A DNA stretch of 63,995 nucleotides, filler included, from Basidioascus undulatus (lineage: Eukaryota): NCBI GenBank assembly GCA_000826855.1. It is 9 parts of 9 records of this genome, joined end to end, with 100 filler letters (N's around TTAATTAATTAA, not from the genome) between each part and the next. Parts side by side here need not be neighbours in the genome. Positions count along the whole stretch, not along the records: positions 59,340 to 63,995 come from JTLS01002103.1; 8 more parts are not named here. One strand, written 5' to 3'. Both the position numbers and the translations under genes were made by a program. Below the pieces are notes generated by a model, which was not told the origin of the DNA, made no database searches, and was given only the letters and a program-made list of their open reading frames with translations. Below, piece after piece: positions 62,308 through 63,995 of the stretch. Each line of letters begins with the position of its first letter. The stretch's first letter is position 1.

Positions 62308-63995
62308 ATGTACTCCTCCTCCTCCCACTCCACAATAGCGTACTACGAGCGCCCCTCCTCCTCGCCGTCCCCCTGCCCAACGCGCACGCCCACGCCCGAC
62401 TCGTTCTACTGCCCCGCGAGCGCCGACGACCACCAGTCCCCGACGACCGCCTCGCCTTTCGCGGACCCACACCCACGCAGCCCTTACGGCCACTCCTCCT
62501 CGGTGTCTCCCTCGCGCCTTCCCGGTCTCCCGCCCGGCGCCGCCCCCCCATCACCCGCGCGGCCCAGCTCCTTCCGCTCCGGCGTGCCCACCCCTCCCTC
62601 CCCGCACCAATCGCACTCCTACTCCTGGTTCTCCCTCACCCCTCCCCTCAGGCCTTTCGTCCCCGCCCACTCCTCCGGGCTCTTCTCCGGGTCAATCCCC
62701 GGGACCTCCGCGCACCTCTCCTCCTGGCGCCTCGACAGTTACGCGACCAGCAGCGACGCGGGTGAGTTCGAGAAGGCGCGGAGCCGCCGGGCGGCGCGGC
62801 CGAGTACCAGACTCGTCGTAAGGGTGGAGAAACTCGAGAACCCGGCTAGGACGAAGGCGAGGAGGTGGAACCGCGGGATAGTGTGTTTGGGGCTCGTGGC
62901 GGGGCTGGCGCTGGCGGGGTACAGTGCGTTGCGTGTTTCATCAACCCCTACCAACTCTTCTTTGCTTGTTCCTCGGTATACTGATGGGGGTTGCTGGGAC
63001 GACAGTCTGCTACGACGGCTACTCCTCCATCTCCACCCTCGGCAACATCTGCCTAGTCCTCGACGAGTGCGTGCCCATACAAATTTTCACCTTTCACTCC
63101 CTTCCGCAAGCCCGACTCACACCCACCTTTCTTTGAAACAAATAGCGACTTTTCCAGCGGCCTCTCCACCTCCAATTGGGCGCACGACGTCCAGCTCGGG
63201 GGGTACACGTGCGTTCTTCCTTGCCTTCCCCCTGTCCCCCTGTCCCCCTTCCCTGCCTTCCCCTTCTTCCCCTCTCCCACTTTCCTCCCTCCCATTCCCC
63301 TCTTCTCCCTCCCCTTTCCCTCTTCTCCCGCCCCTTCCCCCCCTTCCTCTTATTCTCCCCATCCCTGCCGAACCTCTGAGTTACTGACGCTTAGGGAGGA
63401 CAGCACCAACTCCTTCGAATGGACGACCTCCTCGTCCACCAATTCCTTCGTCGAGGACGGCGTGCTGTACATCATGCCGACGCTCACCGCGGACGACATC
63501 GGGGAGCGCGAGGTCGTTGACGGGCACACGGTCGATTTGGGGGACGAATGTACGGGTCAGGGGGAGGAAGAGTGCGAGGCTAGGTCGTAAGTGTTTCCTT
63601 CCAATTTTCACTTTCTCCCCTCCGCCTCCGGCCTTTCATCCTCTTTTTCTTCAAATGCTTTGAGTGGCACCTGCTCTTCCATTTCCGAACATGCTCCTTC
63701 CACTCATCCCTCCGTTTGAAACTGACGCAACCGTCACGAACGCAGGGACGTCGGCCGGAACGAGATCATCCCGCCCATCCAGTCCGCGCGTCTTACAACG
63801 CGCAGCTCGCGTAGCATCAAGTACGGCAAGATTGAAGTGCGTGCGCGGATGCCGAAGGGGTGGGTCTTCTTTCCTCCTCCTCCCCCAACCTGATCCTCAT
63901 CCCACCGCACCTGCGAAACAGCGACTGGCTCCGCCCGGGCATCTTCAGCTCCCCACCGCGCAGACCAAGGGCCTCGTCCTCGTCGTCGGTGACGG
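62308..63995 (+). CDS. Type II membrane GH16 protein (beta-1,3-glucanase/glucan-binding-protein-like), 3' truncated
   Basis: Ser/Pro-rich N-terminus, TM (GIVCLGLVAGLALAG), then CLVLDE|DFSSG, W.HDVQLGG, FEWTT, NSFVEDGVLYIMPTLT, IIPPIQSARLTT, SIKYGKIEVRARMPKG|DWL. Confidence 0.9.

Noticed and set aside
35350..63995. Apparent carbohydrate/lipid gene cluster (GDPD, esterase, GT8, DgoD, GT2, GH16)
   Set aside because: The genes lie on different concatenated contigs; only GT2-GH16 share a contig.

Overview
This is eukaryotic (fungal) DNA, most likely a basidiomycete. Genes are intron-dense, with short GT-AG and occasional GC-AG introns, CTRAC branch points and pyrimidine-rich introns; Pucciniomycotina-like is my inference only. 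The window is not one locus. It is nine contigs joined by artificial 100-nt spacers (44 N + TTAATTAATTAA + 44 N), and the seven complete contigs run in descending length order (4710 to 4691 nt), so adjacency across spacers is meaningless. The long first contig (1-25630) carries a multicopper oxidase, an Edc1/PNRC-like decapping co-activator, an APC amino-acid permease, an uncharacterised membrane-protein gene, GPD1, an atypical AA9 LPMO with a four-Cys C-terminal module, and F-box/LRR-like genes. The short contigs carry a decayed Ty3/Gypsy RNase H fragment, a pre-SET gene head-to-head with an RluA pseudouridine synthase, the VMA8 3' end, a GDPD/PGC1-like phosphodiesterase, a four-TM protein, an HSL-family esterase, a glycogenin-like GT8, an Arp9-like gene, a D-galactonate dehydratase, several F-box/MYND pseudogenes, and a divergent GT2 / membrane-anchored GH16 pair. 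The best leads are the GT2-GH16 pair and the unusual LPMO with a duplicated upstream motif block. Nothing here can be called a proven novel system from sequence alone. All gene models were spliced by eye and exon boundaries need RNA confirmation.
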